Part shown: positions 18,163 to 27,272 of the stretch, piece by piece
Position numbering within the stretch: the first letter of the stretch is position 1
Layout: each line of letters starts with the position of its first letter
Source: an uncultured Gemmatimonadales bacterium
GTDB lineage: Bacteria > Gemmatimonadota > Gemmatimonadetes > Longimicrobiales > RSA9
Assembly: GCA_963816355.1 (NCBI GenBank)
Contig: CAWFKH010000006.1
Span: forward strand, 448,001 to 512,000
Reading direction: 5' to 3'
Length of the DNA: 64,000 nucleotides
Notes under the pieces: model-generated
What the model was told of the DNA's origin: nothing
The model's database searches: none
Seen by the model: the letters and a program-made list of their open reading frames with translations, nothing else
Made by a program: the position numbers and the translations under genes

Positions 18163-19705
18163 ACAGGATCTGAAGGGGCCCGACCTGCGCGTCGACGGCG
18201 TCGCCATCGACAGCGTCCGCGAGGGCGAACCGATCCTCGGCCACGTCGACGGCGAAGCGGCGCTCTTCGCGCGCGTCGGCGACGAGCTCTTCTGCGTCGG
18301 CGCCTCGTGCACCCACTATGGCGGCCCCCTCGCCGACGGCCTCCAGGTCGACGACACGATCCGCTGCCCCTGGCACCACGCCTGCTTCAGCCTGCGCACC
18401 GGCGCCATGGAGCGCCCGCCGGCGCTGCACCCGCTGCCGCGCTGGGCGGTCGAGGTGGCGGACGGCGTCGCCCGCGCCGGCGACCGCCTCGAGGCCCCCG
18501 CTACCGCCGAAAAGGCACAGGGAGCGCCCGGCGCCGGCGCCCACCCCTCGTCCGTCGTCGTCGTGGGCGGCGGCGCCGCGGCCGCGCTCGCCGCGCGTAC
18601 GCTCCGCGAGGAGGGCTACGCGGGCCCGATCACGTTGATCTCGGACGACGAGGACGCCCCCTACGACCGCCCCAACGCCTCCAAGGACTTCCTCGCCGGC
18701 AACGCGCCGCTCGAGTGGATGCCGCTCTACCCGGACGAATGGTGGAGCGAGCACGCCGTCCAGGTGCGGCTGCGCAGCCGCGTGAGCCGCATCGAGCCGG
18801 ACGCCCACCGCGTCGTGCTCGACGACGGCGAGGCGGTCGATTACGGCGCGCTCCTCGTCGCCACCGGCGCGGAGCCGATCGCGCTCCGCGACGCCGGCCC
18901 CGCCGCCGACCGCGTGCACTACCTGCGCTCGTGGGCGGACAGCCGCCGCATCGCGGAGGCCGCCGAGGGAGCGAGCTCCGCCGTCGTCGTCGGCTCCAGC
19001 TTCATCGGCATGGAGGTGGCCGCCGCGCTGCGCGCACGCGACGTCGACGTCCACGTCGTCTCGCTCGAGACGCAGCCGATGGCGCGCGTGCTCGGCGAGG
19101 AGCTGGGTGGCTTCGTCCGCCGGCTGCACGAGCGGCGCGGCGTCGCGTTCCACCTCGGTGAAGGGAAGGGCGTCAGCCGCGTGGAGGCCGACGCCGTGGT
19201 GCTGCAGGACGGCGAGCGCATCCCGTGCGACCTCGTCGTCGCGGGGATCGGCGTGCGCCCGCGCGTCGCGCTGCTCGAGGCGGCGGGAGCCGAAGTCGAC
19301 GACGGCGTCCTCGTCGATGCGCGCCTCCGCACCGGCCTGCCGGACGTGTGGGCGGCCGGCGACATCGCGCGCTGGCCGGACCCGCACAGCGGCGAGCGGA
19401 TCCGCGTCGAGCACTGGGTGGTCGCCGAGCGCATGGGCCGCACCGCCGCGCGCAACATGCTGGGCGCGGACGAGCCGTTCGACGCCGTCCCCTTCTTCTG
19501 GAGCGCGCACTACGACGAGGCCTCGATCAACTACGTCGGCCACGCGCGCACCTGGGACCGCGCCGAGGTCGAGGGCGACATCGAGGCGAAGGACGGCCTG
19601 GTGCGCTTCTACAGCGGCGGCGACCTCGCCGCCGTCGCCTCGATCTACCGCGACCGCGAGAGCCTCGAGGCGGAGCTCGCGATGGAGCGCGGCGCGACGC
19701 GCTGA
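18149..19705 (+). CDS. Rieske [2Fe-2S] plus FAD/NAD-dependent reductase fusion (AIF-like ferredoxin reductase)
   Basis: Rieske ligands 'CTHYGG...CPWHHACF'; 'VVVGGG', 'YDRPNASK', 'WAAGD', 'VPFFWS'. Confidence 0.9.
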   Translation: MGGGEQDLKGPDLRVDGVAIDSVREGEPILGHVDGEAALFARVGDELFCVGASCTHYGGPLADGLQVDDTIRCPWHHACFSLRTGAMERPPALHPLPRWAVEVADGVARAGDRLEAPATAEKAQGAPGAGAHPSSVVVVGGGAAAALAARTLREEGYAGPITLISDDEDAPYDRPNASKDFLAGNAPLEWMPLYPDEWWSEHAVQVRLRSRVSRIEPDAHRVVLDDGEAVDYGALLVATGAEPIALRDAGPAADRVHYLRSWADSRRIAEAAEGASSAVVVGSSFIGMEVAAALRARDVDVHVVSLETQPMARVLGEELGGFVRRLHERRGVAFHLGEGKGVSRVEADAVVLQDGERIPCDLVVAGIGVRPRVALLEAAGAEVDDGVLVDARLRTGLPDVWAAGDIARWPDPHSGERIRVEHWVVAERMGRTAARNMLGADEPFDAVPFFWSAHYDEASINYVGHARTWDRAEVEGDIEAKDGLVRFYSGGDLAAVASIYRDRESLEAELAMERGATR

Positions 19706-19709
19706 GGCG

Positions 19710-20672
19710 TCAGCTCGCGCGCGCCGGCTCGGCCGACGCCTCCGCCACGTGCGTCAGCCAGCCGTGCGTGTCGGGCGCCTCGCCGTGCACTCGGTCCATG
19801 AACGCACGCTGCAGGCGCAGCGTGATGGGGCCGGCGCCGTCGCCGCCCCCGACCGCCACGCGGTCGACGCTGCGGATCGGCGTGACCTCCGCCGCCGTGC
19901 CGGTGAAGAAGAGCTCGTCCGCCGCGTAGAGGTTCTCGCGCGGCACCGGCTGTTCCCGCGTCGGGATGTCCATCTCGCGCGCCAGCGTGAGGATCGCGTC
20001 GCGCGTGATGCCGGCCAGGGAGGTGCCGTCGAGGACCGGCGTGATCAGGGTCCCGTCCCGGACGAGGAAGAGGTTCTGCCCGCTGCCCTCGCTCACCAGC
20101 CCGCTCGGCCCCAGGGCGATCCCCTCCGCGTAGCCGTTCGCCGCCGCCTCCATCTTGATGAGCTGGGCGTTGACGTAGTGGCCCGCCGCCTTCGCCGCCA
20201 CGGGGAAGGTATTCGGGTGCGCCCGCTGCCAGCTCGACACGCACACGTCCACGCCCCGCTCCAGCGCGCCCTCGCCCAGATAGGTGCCCCACGGCCACGC
20301 CGCCACGTACGTCTCGATCGGACTGAGGGACGGGAAGAGCCCCGCGTCGCCGTAGCCGCGCAGCACCATCGGCCGGATGTAGCAGGACTTCAGGCCGTTG
20401 CGCGCGACGACGTCGCAGCACGCACGCTGCAGCGCCGCCGCCGAGTGGGCGGGCACCATGCGGTACGTCCGGCACGAATCGAAGAGGCGCCGAATGTGCG
20501 CGTCGAGCCGGAAGATCGCCGGGCCGCGCGGCGTCTCGTACGCCCGGATCCCCTCGAAGAGCGAGGAGCCGAACTGCACCGCGAGGCTGAGCAGGTGCAC
20601 CGTGGCGTCGTGCCAGGCCACCATCTCGCCGTCCTTCCAGATCCACTCCGCCTCGACGATGCCCGCCGCCAT
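19710..20672 (-). CDS. ilvE: Branched-chain amino acid aminotransferase
   Basis: 'SLFEGIRAY', 'YIRP', 'AKAAGHY' (PLP Lys), 'SEGSGQNLF', 'LAGITR', 'FFTGTAAEVTPI'. Confidence 0.93.
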   Translation of the reverse strand: MAAGIVEAEWIWKDGEMVAWHDATVHLLSLAVQFGSSLFEGIRAYETPRGPAIFRLDAHIRRLFDSCRTYRMVPAHSAAALQRACCDVVARNGLKSCYIRPMVLRGYGDAGLFPSLSPIETYVAAWPWGTYLGEGALERGVDVCVSSWQRAHPNTFPVAAKAAGHYVNAQLIKMEAAANGYAEGIALGPSGLVSEGSGQNLFLVRDGTLITPVLDGTSLAGITRDAILTLAREMDIPTREQPVPRENLYAADELFFTGTAAEVTPIRSVDRVAVGGGDGAGPITLRLQRAFMDRVHGEAPDTHGWLTHVAEASAEPARAS

Positions 20673-20716
20673 GGTTCGCTCCGCATGAAGGGTCTTCGAA
20701 AAAGTGGCCCCCGCCG

Positions 20717-21505
20717 CTACACCAGCGACCGGATCCAGCCGCCGTCGACCGCCAGCGACGCGGCCGTGATGAAGCTCGCGCGCTCCGAGGCGAGGAAGGC
20801 GACGGCCGCCGCGAGCTCGCGGGGCTCGCCCAGCCGGCCCATCGGCGTCTCGGCCCTCCACCGGTCGAACGCGCTCCCGCCCCCACCGCCGCCCTCGTCG
20901 CCGGCTTCCGCCAACTCCTCCAGCCGCCGCGTCCGCGTGTAGCCGGGCAGGACGCAGTTCACGGTGACTCCGTCGGCGGCGACCTCGTTCGCCAGCGTCC
21001 GCGCGAAGCCGGTCACCGCCGCGCGCAGGCTGTTCGACAGCATCAGCCCGTGCACGGGCTGCTTCACCGTGATCGACGTGATGTGGACGATGCGGCCCCA
21101 GCCGCGCTCGCGCATCCCCGGCAGGAAACGGCCGGTGAGCCCCACCGCGCTTTCCAGCAGCAGCCGCTCCGCGCGCCGCCAGTCCTCCAGCGACAGCTCC
21201 TCGAACGACGCCGCCGGCGGGCCGCCCGTGTTGTTCACCAGGATGTCGACGCGGCCGAACGCCTCGAGCGTGGCGTCCGCCGCCCGCGCCACACCCGCCT
21301 CGGTCGCCAGGTCGGCCGCGACGGCGATCACCTCCACGCCGGTCTCGCCGGCGATGGCGTCGCGCGCCTCCGCGAGCGTCGCCTCGCGCCGCGCGCACAG
21401 CGCCAGCCGCGCGCCCTCCCGCGCCAGCTCCTCCGCCACGGCCCGCCCCAGCCCCTGACTCGAGCCGCCGACGAACGCGACCTTCTCCTTCAACCCCAGA
21501 TCCAT
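20717..21505 (-). CDS. SDR family oxidoreductase
   Basis: 'GGSSQGLG', 'DILVNNTGGP', 'VTVNCVLPG'. Confidence 0.9.
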   Translation of the reverse strand: MDLGLKEKVAFVGGSSQGLGRAVAEELAREGARLALCARREATLAEARDAIAGETGVEVIAVAADLATEAGVARAADATLEAFGRVDILVNNTGGPPAASFEELSLEDWRRAERLLLESAVGLTGRFLPGMRERGWGRIVHITSITVKQPVHGLMLSNSLRAAVTGFARTLANEVAADGVTVNCVLPGYTRTRRLEELAEAGDEGGGGGGSAFDRWRAETPMGRLGEPRELAAAVAFLASERASFITAASLAVDGGWIRSLV

Positions 21506-21567
21506 CGAACCCCCCACGTTGCGGCCACGCGGCGCGCGCCCGCCTTCTGCGGCTGCGGCGCGCCGCG

Positions 21568-21936
21568 CTACTTCGTGTGGAAGTACGTGTCGCTGCCGTC
21601 CAGCCAGTCGCTCCGCGGCGGGCTGAAGACGTCCACGTCCAGCGTGTCCTCCAGCGCTTCCGCCTTGTGCGGCACGTTCGAGGGGATGTGCAGCACCTCC
21701 CCCGCCCGTACCACGATCTCCTCCTCACCGTCCTCGCCGATCCAGAACCGCAGCGCCCCCTCCAGGATGTAGGTGAGCTGCTCGTTCTCGTGCGCGTGCT
21801 TCGGGACGACGCAGCCCCGGTCCAGATACACGTGCGCCAGCATCATCCGTTCGCCCGTCACCAGCCGCCGCTGAAGCTGGTCCGTCACCCGCTCCTTCGG
21901 CATGTCCTCCCACCGGAAGTGCCGAACCGTGCTCAT
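21568..21936 (-). CDS. Cupin-2 domain protein
   Basis: 'PKHAHENEQ', 'IPSNVPH', 'DVFSPPR'. Confidence 0.88.
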   Translation of the reverse strand: MSTVRHFRWEDMPKERVTDQLQRRLVTGERMMLAHVYLDRGCVVPKHAHENEQLTYILEGALRFWIGEDGEEEIVVRAGEVLHIPSNVPHKAEALEDTLDVDVFSPPRSDWLDGSDTYFHTK

Positions 21937-22058
21937 CGCCTCGCTCCTGTTCAAAGTCGGACCGGTAATTGGGCCGGCGAGGCGGCGCCACGCAAGAGAC
22001 GGCAGACTCCTTGCACCTGGCCGCTCCGCGGACACACAACTCGCACCGGAGACACGGC

Positions 22059-22643
22059 ATGCGCTCTGCCCCCCCGATGGCGGCGGGGTTCGCGGTCCTC
22101 GCCCTCCTCGCGGCTGCTTCGTCGGCATCGCTCCACGCCCAGCTGCGCCCCGGCGTCGGCCTCGGCGGAGGCGCGGGAATCGCGGCCGGCGGCATCAGCG
22201 ACGTCGTCGACCCGGGCTTCAGCGTCGACGCACGCCTCACCCTGCGAGGCCTGGAGGCTCCGCTCGGCCTCCGCTTCGACGTCGGATACGAAGAGATGCC
22301 CAGCCGCGCCGGCGCGGACCTCATGCAGCTCTCCCTCACCGCCGCCGCCGTCCTCCACCTGCGCCAGACCGGACTGCTTTCGCCCTACATCGCCCTCGGT
22401 GGCGGCATCTACGGCGACCGCTGGAGCCTCGACACTACCGACGCACCCCTCGATGCGATGTCCTTCGGCCACCGCGCCGGCCTCGGAGTCCACTGGACCA
22501 CACACCCGGGGCTTACCGCCGCCTTCGGCTTCGATCTCCCGATCCGCTCGGGCCGCTTCTTCGCCGAGGGGCGCCTGCACTACGTGCTCACCCCCGGGCG
22601 TCGCATCACCACCCTCCCGATCGGCGTCGGCGTCTCCTTCTGA
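22059..22643 (+). CDS. Outer-membrane beta-barrel protein (8-stranded OmpA/OmpW-like)
   Basis: Signal peptide, amphipathic strands, 'PYIALGGG', 'FFAEGRLHYV', C-terminal Phe. Confidence 0.75.
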   Translation: MRSAPPMAAGFAVLALLAAASSASLHAQLRPGVGLGGGAGIAAGGISDVVDPGFSVDARLTLRGLEAPLGLRFDVGYEEMPSRAGADLMQLSLTAAAVLHLRQTGLLSPYIALGGGIYGDRWSLDTTDAPLDAMSFGHRAGLGVHWTTHPGLTAAFGFDLPIRSGRFFAEGRLHYVLTPGRRITTLPIGVGVSF

Positions 22644-22695
22644 CTGCCCCGGAGAAGGTCGCTTTGCCGCGAATCGCCCCCCGCGCCCACCGCGC

Positions 22696-22803
22696 CCTCC
22701 GCGTGAAACATTCAGGAACCAGGCTCTGCCGCGCACGTTCGGAATCGCCGCTGCGCCACTTCGCGGTGCGCTTTCACGTTCGAACAGTTGTTTCACGCGG
22801 AGG
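22696..22803. repeat. Perfect 15-bp inverted repeat (REP-like) with 78-nt spacer
   Basis: CCTCCGCGTGAAACA (22696-22710) / TGTTTCACGCGGAGG (22789-22803), with imperfect outward extension. Confidence 0.7.
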
Positions 22804-22982
22804 CCGCGGGGGTCGCGGAGAGGTCGCCGGCGCGCCATCCGTTTCGGCAATGGGCGAGGTTCTTGCAACCGTCGGCGTCGCCGGACGGCCGGCGCACTCT
22901 CCCTCAAGCTTCGACAACGCAAGGTATTACGGCTCTGCCGCCCGGTACGGACACGACGATCATCGCAGATGGAGGAGATAGG

Positions 22983-23534
22983 ATGCAGAAGCGCATACGA
23001 ATGATGGGCTCGATGGCCACGCTGCTGCTGCTGGCTACGGCGGGCGGCGCTCGCGCGCAGGCGAAGTTCGGCGTCGCCGGCGGCGTCACGTTCCCCAACG
23101 GGGACCTGTCGAACAGCGTCAATTCCGGCTTCCACGTGCAGGCGAACCTGGACCTGCGGCCCGCACGCTTCCCCCTCGGTCTGCGGATCGACGGCGGCTT
23201 CGCGCAGCTCCCGTTCAAGGGCCCGTCGGACCTCAAGCTGCAGCAGCTTTACGGGACGCTGGACGGCAAGCTGGTGATGCAGACGGAGGGGCTCGCGCCG
23301 TACCTGATCGCCGGCGTCGGCATCTACGGTGACCGCGCGAGCGGCGGCATCTTCGACAACGGCGTGAGCTTGATGGACGACAGCTGGCAGGCGCATTTCG
23401 GAGTGAACGGGGGCGTGGGGCTGCGGCTGCCGCTCTCGAACATCAACGTCTTCGTGGAGACGCGCCTGCACGACGTCTTCGTCGAAGGTCCGAACCTGCA
23501 GACGGTCCCGGTGACGTTCGGCATCGTGTTCTGA
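22983..23534 (+). CDS. Outer-membrane beta-barrel protein, paralogue of 22059..22643
   Basis: GGAGGAG RBS, signal 'ARA/Q', 'PYLIAGVGIYGDR', 'VFVETRLH', C-terminal Phe. Confidence 0.8.
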   Translation: MQKRIRMMGSMATLLLLATAGGARAQAKFGVAGGVTFPNGDLSNSVNSGFHVQANLDLRPARFPLGLRIDGGFAQLPFKGPSDLKLQQLYGTLDGKLVMQTEGLAPYLIAGVGIYGDRASGGIFDNGVSLMDDSWQAHFGVNGGVGLRLPLSNINVFVETRLHDVFVEGPNLQTVPVTFGIVF

Positions 23535-23625
23535 GGAAGGCGGGCGCGTCCCGGCCGATCCAGCCCGGCGAACCCGGACACTCCGGGGGCCCGGTCGGGG
23601 CGCGGCCCTTCAGGGGCCGTGGCGC

Positions 23626-26600
23626 TCAGGAGGGCGTGAGCGCCGCGATCCGCTGTCGTATGCGCTCGAGCACCGGACGCAGCTCCGGATCGCAGTCGTG
23701 CCAGAGGTCGACGAAGGCCTGGAAGTGGCGGATCGCCGCCTCGCGGTCTCCGCGCCGCAGCGCGAGCTCCGCCTGGCGGACGTGGGCCGGACCGCGGTAG
23801 ACGAGATCCGGAATGGAGAGCTGACCGAGGCTTTCGTAGGCGACGTCGGCGTCATCGACGTCACCGGCGCGGGCGAGCGCGTCCGCCGCGGCGTAGCGCG
23901 CCCACGGCATGGAGAAGAACGGGGAGAGCACCGCCTCCTCGGGGGCGACGCCGGTCGCCATCGCGGCGGAGCCGCCGGCCACGGCGTCGTACGCGCTCGC
24001 GCTTCCCGTGGGCGCCATGGCGAAGGCGAGGTCTCTCGCGTAGCGGCCGGCGAGAAGCGGCCGGGCCTCGTTGTCCTGCAGGTCGGTGGCGTCCTGGCGA
24101 ACGCCGGCGGAATCGCCAAGAACGGCCGCCAGACGGCCATCGAGGTAGGGTGTCAGCATGTCGGCCACCGGCCGGTCCACGGCGTCCCAGGGGCCGAGCG
24201 CCGCTTCCGGCGGCGCCTCCCGCGAGGCGGCCAGAATCCGCAGCCGCGCACGCAGGGCGGCGAGCGTATCCGCGTCCGAAGCCAGCCACGGCGTCGTCGC
24301 GAGGAGGACCTCGTATTCCGTCGCGCGGAGCGGATCGAGCCGGCGCGCCTGCGCCAGCCGCGCACGTGCGGCCTTCCAGCGGCCGCGAGCCAGCTCGAGC
24401 TGGGCTGCGACGAGGAGGGAGAACGCGCGGATGGCGGGGGCCCTGGATGGGCTCTGCAACAGCCCCAGCGCGGCGTCGGCCGAGGTGAGATCCCCGATGT
24501 GCACGGCGAGGGTGTAGGCGGAGCTTACGATCGCGAACTCGTCCGCCGAAGCGAGCTCGCTCCGGACCGTAGCGCCGTCCAGGACGCCTCCGCCGCGCGC
24601 CGCCGCGACGAGCAGATCGAGCTGGTGCGCCCGGTGGCCCTCGGGGTTCAGCGCGAGGCCTTCGCGCGCGAGCCGGTCCACTTCCGGCCAGTCACGCCGG
24701 TAGGCCGCGAGCTGCGCCAGGTGGTATATCGCCTCCGCTTCGCGGGGGACGAGCGAGCGAAGCCGTTCGAACGTGGCTTGCGCGTTCTCGAAGTCGGCGC
24801 CCCGCACCGGGTTCAGGTGCATCTGCACCTCCCCGAGCTGGCTCCACGCCTCCGTGTCGTTCGGGTAGCGGAAGAGGAGGTCGCGCGCCAGCCGCTCCGC
24901 GGTCGCGCCGTCGCCCGCCCGGTACGCCGCGCGCGCGGCGAGAAGCCGCCGCTCCCGCTCCGGCAGCCGATCCATATAGCGGGTCGCCTGACGCGCCGCG
25001 TCGTCCGCCTCCCGCCCCTGGAACGCCGCACTCGCCGCCAGGCTCAGGCCGTAGTACGCGAGCGCGAACGTCGAATCCGCGTCGAGCGCGCGGCGGAACG
25101 CCTCGATCGACGCGACCAGCGCGCCGCGGCGATAGAGCTGCTCGCCGACGAGGTACGCCTTCATCGCATCCAGGGACGACGTCGCGGCGCTCGCCACCCG
25201 CGCCAGCCGCGTGTCCGGCCGGCCATCCGGACCGGCTGCGATCGCCATCGCGAGCCGATCCGAGATCGACAGCAGCTCGCCGCGACCGCCCTCCGCCTGC
25301 GCCCGCAGCACCGGGATGCCCGGCATCGCGCGGTCGTAGAGCCACGCCGTCGCCCGCAGCCGGTCCCCGACCGCCACCACGTCCCCCGTCACGAACAGCT
25401 CCGCGCCGAAACGGGCCGCGAGCCGCATCCGCTCCTCGGGGTTCTGCGGCGCCGTCGTGCCCGGCCGGGCGAGGTAGTCGAGAACGGCCGCCGGCCGCAC
25501 GCTGACCAGATCACCCGCGCCGTCGACGCCGGTGCTCAGGAGGTCCACGAAGCCTTCGCTCAGGAACGCCTGATCCGCTCCGCCGTGGACCGTGAACGGG
25601 AGGACGACGACGCGGCGGCCGACCTCACCCGTCGCCGCAGCCCGCCCCCTGAGCAGGATCGCGCCGACCGCCGCTGCGGCCACGAGAAGGGCCGGGATGC
25701 CGATCCATAGGGCGAGCCGGAGCCAGCGGGTGCGCTTCGGCGGCGCGAGCCACGGCGACACCGTCTCGAGCAGCGGCGCGTAGGGGGCCTCGCGCCGCGC
25801 GTCGGCCGGTGCCAGCGTCAGCCGACCGGCGCGCGCCGGCGCCCAGCCTCGCGGCACCCTGACGACCGGGTCGCGCGCCCGTTCCGCGGCTGCGTCGCGC
25901 GCGGCATCCGCCCAGCCGCCGGGCTGCGTCGAGGCGTTCGCGCCGGCCACGGCCGTGCTCGCTCCGCCTCCCGAAGGTGGGCCGCCCGATCGGCGCCGCG
26001 GCTCCTGCGGCTGCCGCCACCGCTTCCGCGTCGCCGCGCCATCGTGGGCTTCCGAGCGCCCGCGCAGCCGCGCCAGCAGCTCGGCCGTCTCCGGCGCCGG
26101 CTCCAGGTCGTACTCGTCCCGCAGGCGCGCCGCGAACTCCTCGAAGACGGCGACCGCCGCCGATCGGTCGCCGTGCCGATCGAGCACGTGCATGAGGCGC
26201 TGGACCGAGGATTCGTCGAGCGGGTCCATCCGTGACGCACGGCGCGCCCACGCCACCGCGCCCGTGCCCTGGCCCGCGGCCTCGCAGCGCTCCGCCATCT
26301 CCCACGCCGCCCCGGCCGCGAGCTGGCCGATCTCCGCGCGCTGCGCCGCCATCCACTGCTCGAAATCCGGCGAAACGTCATCCACGTGGAATCCGTCCAG
26401 GAACGGACCCCGGCTCAGTTCCACCGCTTCCGCCGGCCGGCCTTCCGCGACCGCCTGCCGCAGCGCCACCGCGTCGCAGCGGACGTCGACCACGGCCACT
26501 TCGTCGTCGCCTCGCGTGACGATCGCGTCCGGCCCGAGCTGGTTCCGCAGATAGTAGAGGGCCTGGCGCAGGGCGTGGCGCGCCCGCTCGCCGTCCAGCT

Positions 26601-26769
26601 CCGGCCAGAACAGCGCGAGCAGCGAGTCCCGCCGCCGCGGGCCGATGTTCGCCGTGGCCGTGAGATAGACGAACAACGCCAGCCGCTTCTGTTGGCGCAG
26701 AAGTGAGCGAAGGGGGCGACCTGCGCCGTCCGCGACCTCGACGGCACCCAGCGTACGCAGGGTGTGCAT
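23626..26769 (-). CDS. Transmembrane SARP-family regulator: wHTH-BTAD, TM helix, TolB_N-like domain, TPRs
   Basis: 'LRTLGAVEV', 'RRDSLLALFWPE...ARHALRQALYYLR', 'GPFLDGF', 'DPLDE', 'EPAPET'; TM 'LALWIGIPALLVAAAAVGAILL'; 'VVVLPF'; 'DSTFALAYY'. Confidence 0.88.
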   Translation of the reverse strand: MHTLRTLGAVEVADGAGRPLRSLLRQQKRLALFVYLTATANIGPRRRDSLLALFWPELDGERARHALRQALYYLRNQLGPDAIVTRGDDEVAVVDVRCDAVALRQAVAEGRPAEAVELSRGPFLDGFHVDDVSPDFEQWMAAQRAEIGQLAAGAAWEMAERCEAAGQGTGAVAWARRASRMDPLDESSVQRLMHVLDRHGDRSAAVAVFEEFAARLRDEYDLEPAPETAELLARLRGRSEAHDGAATRKRWRQPQEPRRRSGGPPSGGGASTAVAGANASTQPGGWADAARDAAAERARDPVVRVPRGWAPARAGRLTLAPADARREAPYAPLLETVSPWLAPPKRTRWLRLALWIGIPALLVAAAAVGAILLRGRAAATGEVGRRVVVLPFTVHGGADQAFLSEGFVDLLSTGVDGAGDLVSVRPAAVLDYLARPGTTAPQNPEERMRLAARFGAELFVTGDVVAVGDRLRATAWLYDRAMPGIPVLRAQAEGGRGELLSISDRLAMAIAAGPDGRPDTRLARVASAATSSLDAMKAYLVGEQLYRRGALVASIEAFRRALDADSTFALAYYGLSLAASAAFQGREADDAARQATRYMDRLPERERRLLAARAAYRAGDGATAERLARDLLFRYPNDTEAWSQLGEVQMHLNPVRGADFENAQATFERLRSLVPREAEAIYHLAQLAAYRRDWPEVDRLAREGLALNPEGHRAHQLDLLVAAARGGGVLDGATVRSELASADEFAIVSSAYTLAVHIGDLTSADAALGLLQSPSRAPAIRAFSLLVAAQLELARGRWKAARARLAQARRLDPLRATEYEVLLATTPWLASDADTLAALRARLRILAASREAPPEAALGPWDAVDRPVADMLTPYLDGRLAAVLGDSAGVRQDATDLQDNEARPLLAGRYARDLAFAMAPTGSASAYDAVAGGSAAMATGVAPEEAVLSPFFSMPWARYAAADALARAGDVDDADVAYESLGQLSIPDLVYRGPAHVRQAELALRRGDREAAIRHFQAFVDLWHDCDPELRPVLERIRQRIAALTPS

Positions 26770-26899
26770 GATCCCACCGGAAGGTTACCGCTCCATCGCG
26801 TCACCCCGGGGAAGGCGACGCGGCTGGAGCGGATGTTTCCAATCTGCCGACTGTTGCAGAGATGCGTCAAGGGTGGTGACGACCCTCGCCGCGTCTGGG

Positions 26900-26934
26900 G
26901 TGACGGTCGGTAGACGGCGAAATGACGCGGCGCC
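26900..26934 (+). promoter_or_regulatory. Putative SARP operator (three repeats, 11-bp period) upstream of the S8 peptidase
   Basis: TGACGG (26901), AGACGG (26912), TGACGC (26923); 29/35 identical to 34345-34379(-). Confidence 0.65.
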
Positions 26935-27272
26935 GCTGCCGAACGCCGGCGACGCTCCGGTTTGGCTGCCGCCGGAGCGGCGAATCGTTTCCGGCCCGCG
27001 CAATATTGTCCCGCCGCCGACGGCCCGGCACGCCGGCGACGCTTCCGGCCCCCGCGCGGTTGGAGCGTCGCAACTCCAACGCACGCAGGAGCTTCGCCTC
27101 GGCCGTCCGGGAGGTCGGCCGCATTCCTGGGGTGGCGGCACGCGTTCTGAACACACGCGCACGACAGCATCGGCGCGCGGGCGGTAGTTCCCCGTGCGCC
27201 CCGAGAGCGCTGGCGACCGCCCCTGCACGCGGATCGCCGCGCTCTCTTTCATTGAGGGCCCCCGAGGAACCG

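Noticed and set aside
19710..21728. 672-aa ORF, and other N-terminally over-extended ORFs (44391..48749, 36819..38627, 60661..63060, 5760..11240, 54789..55853), as fusion proteins
   Set aside because: The extensions are off-frame reads over neighbouring genes. The true starts are internal and supported by an RBS or a stop/start overlap.
26762..27187. Similar translated peptides ('GDAPVWLPP' vs 'GDEAPVWLLP' at 34017..34379) as a leader-peptide family
   Set aside because: Better explained by the shared DNA motif region. There is no convincing RBS or coding signature.
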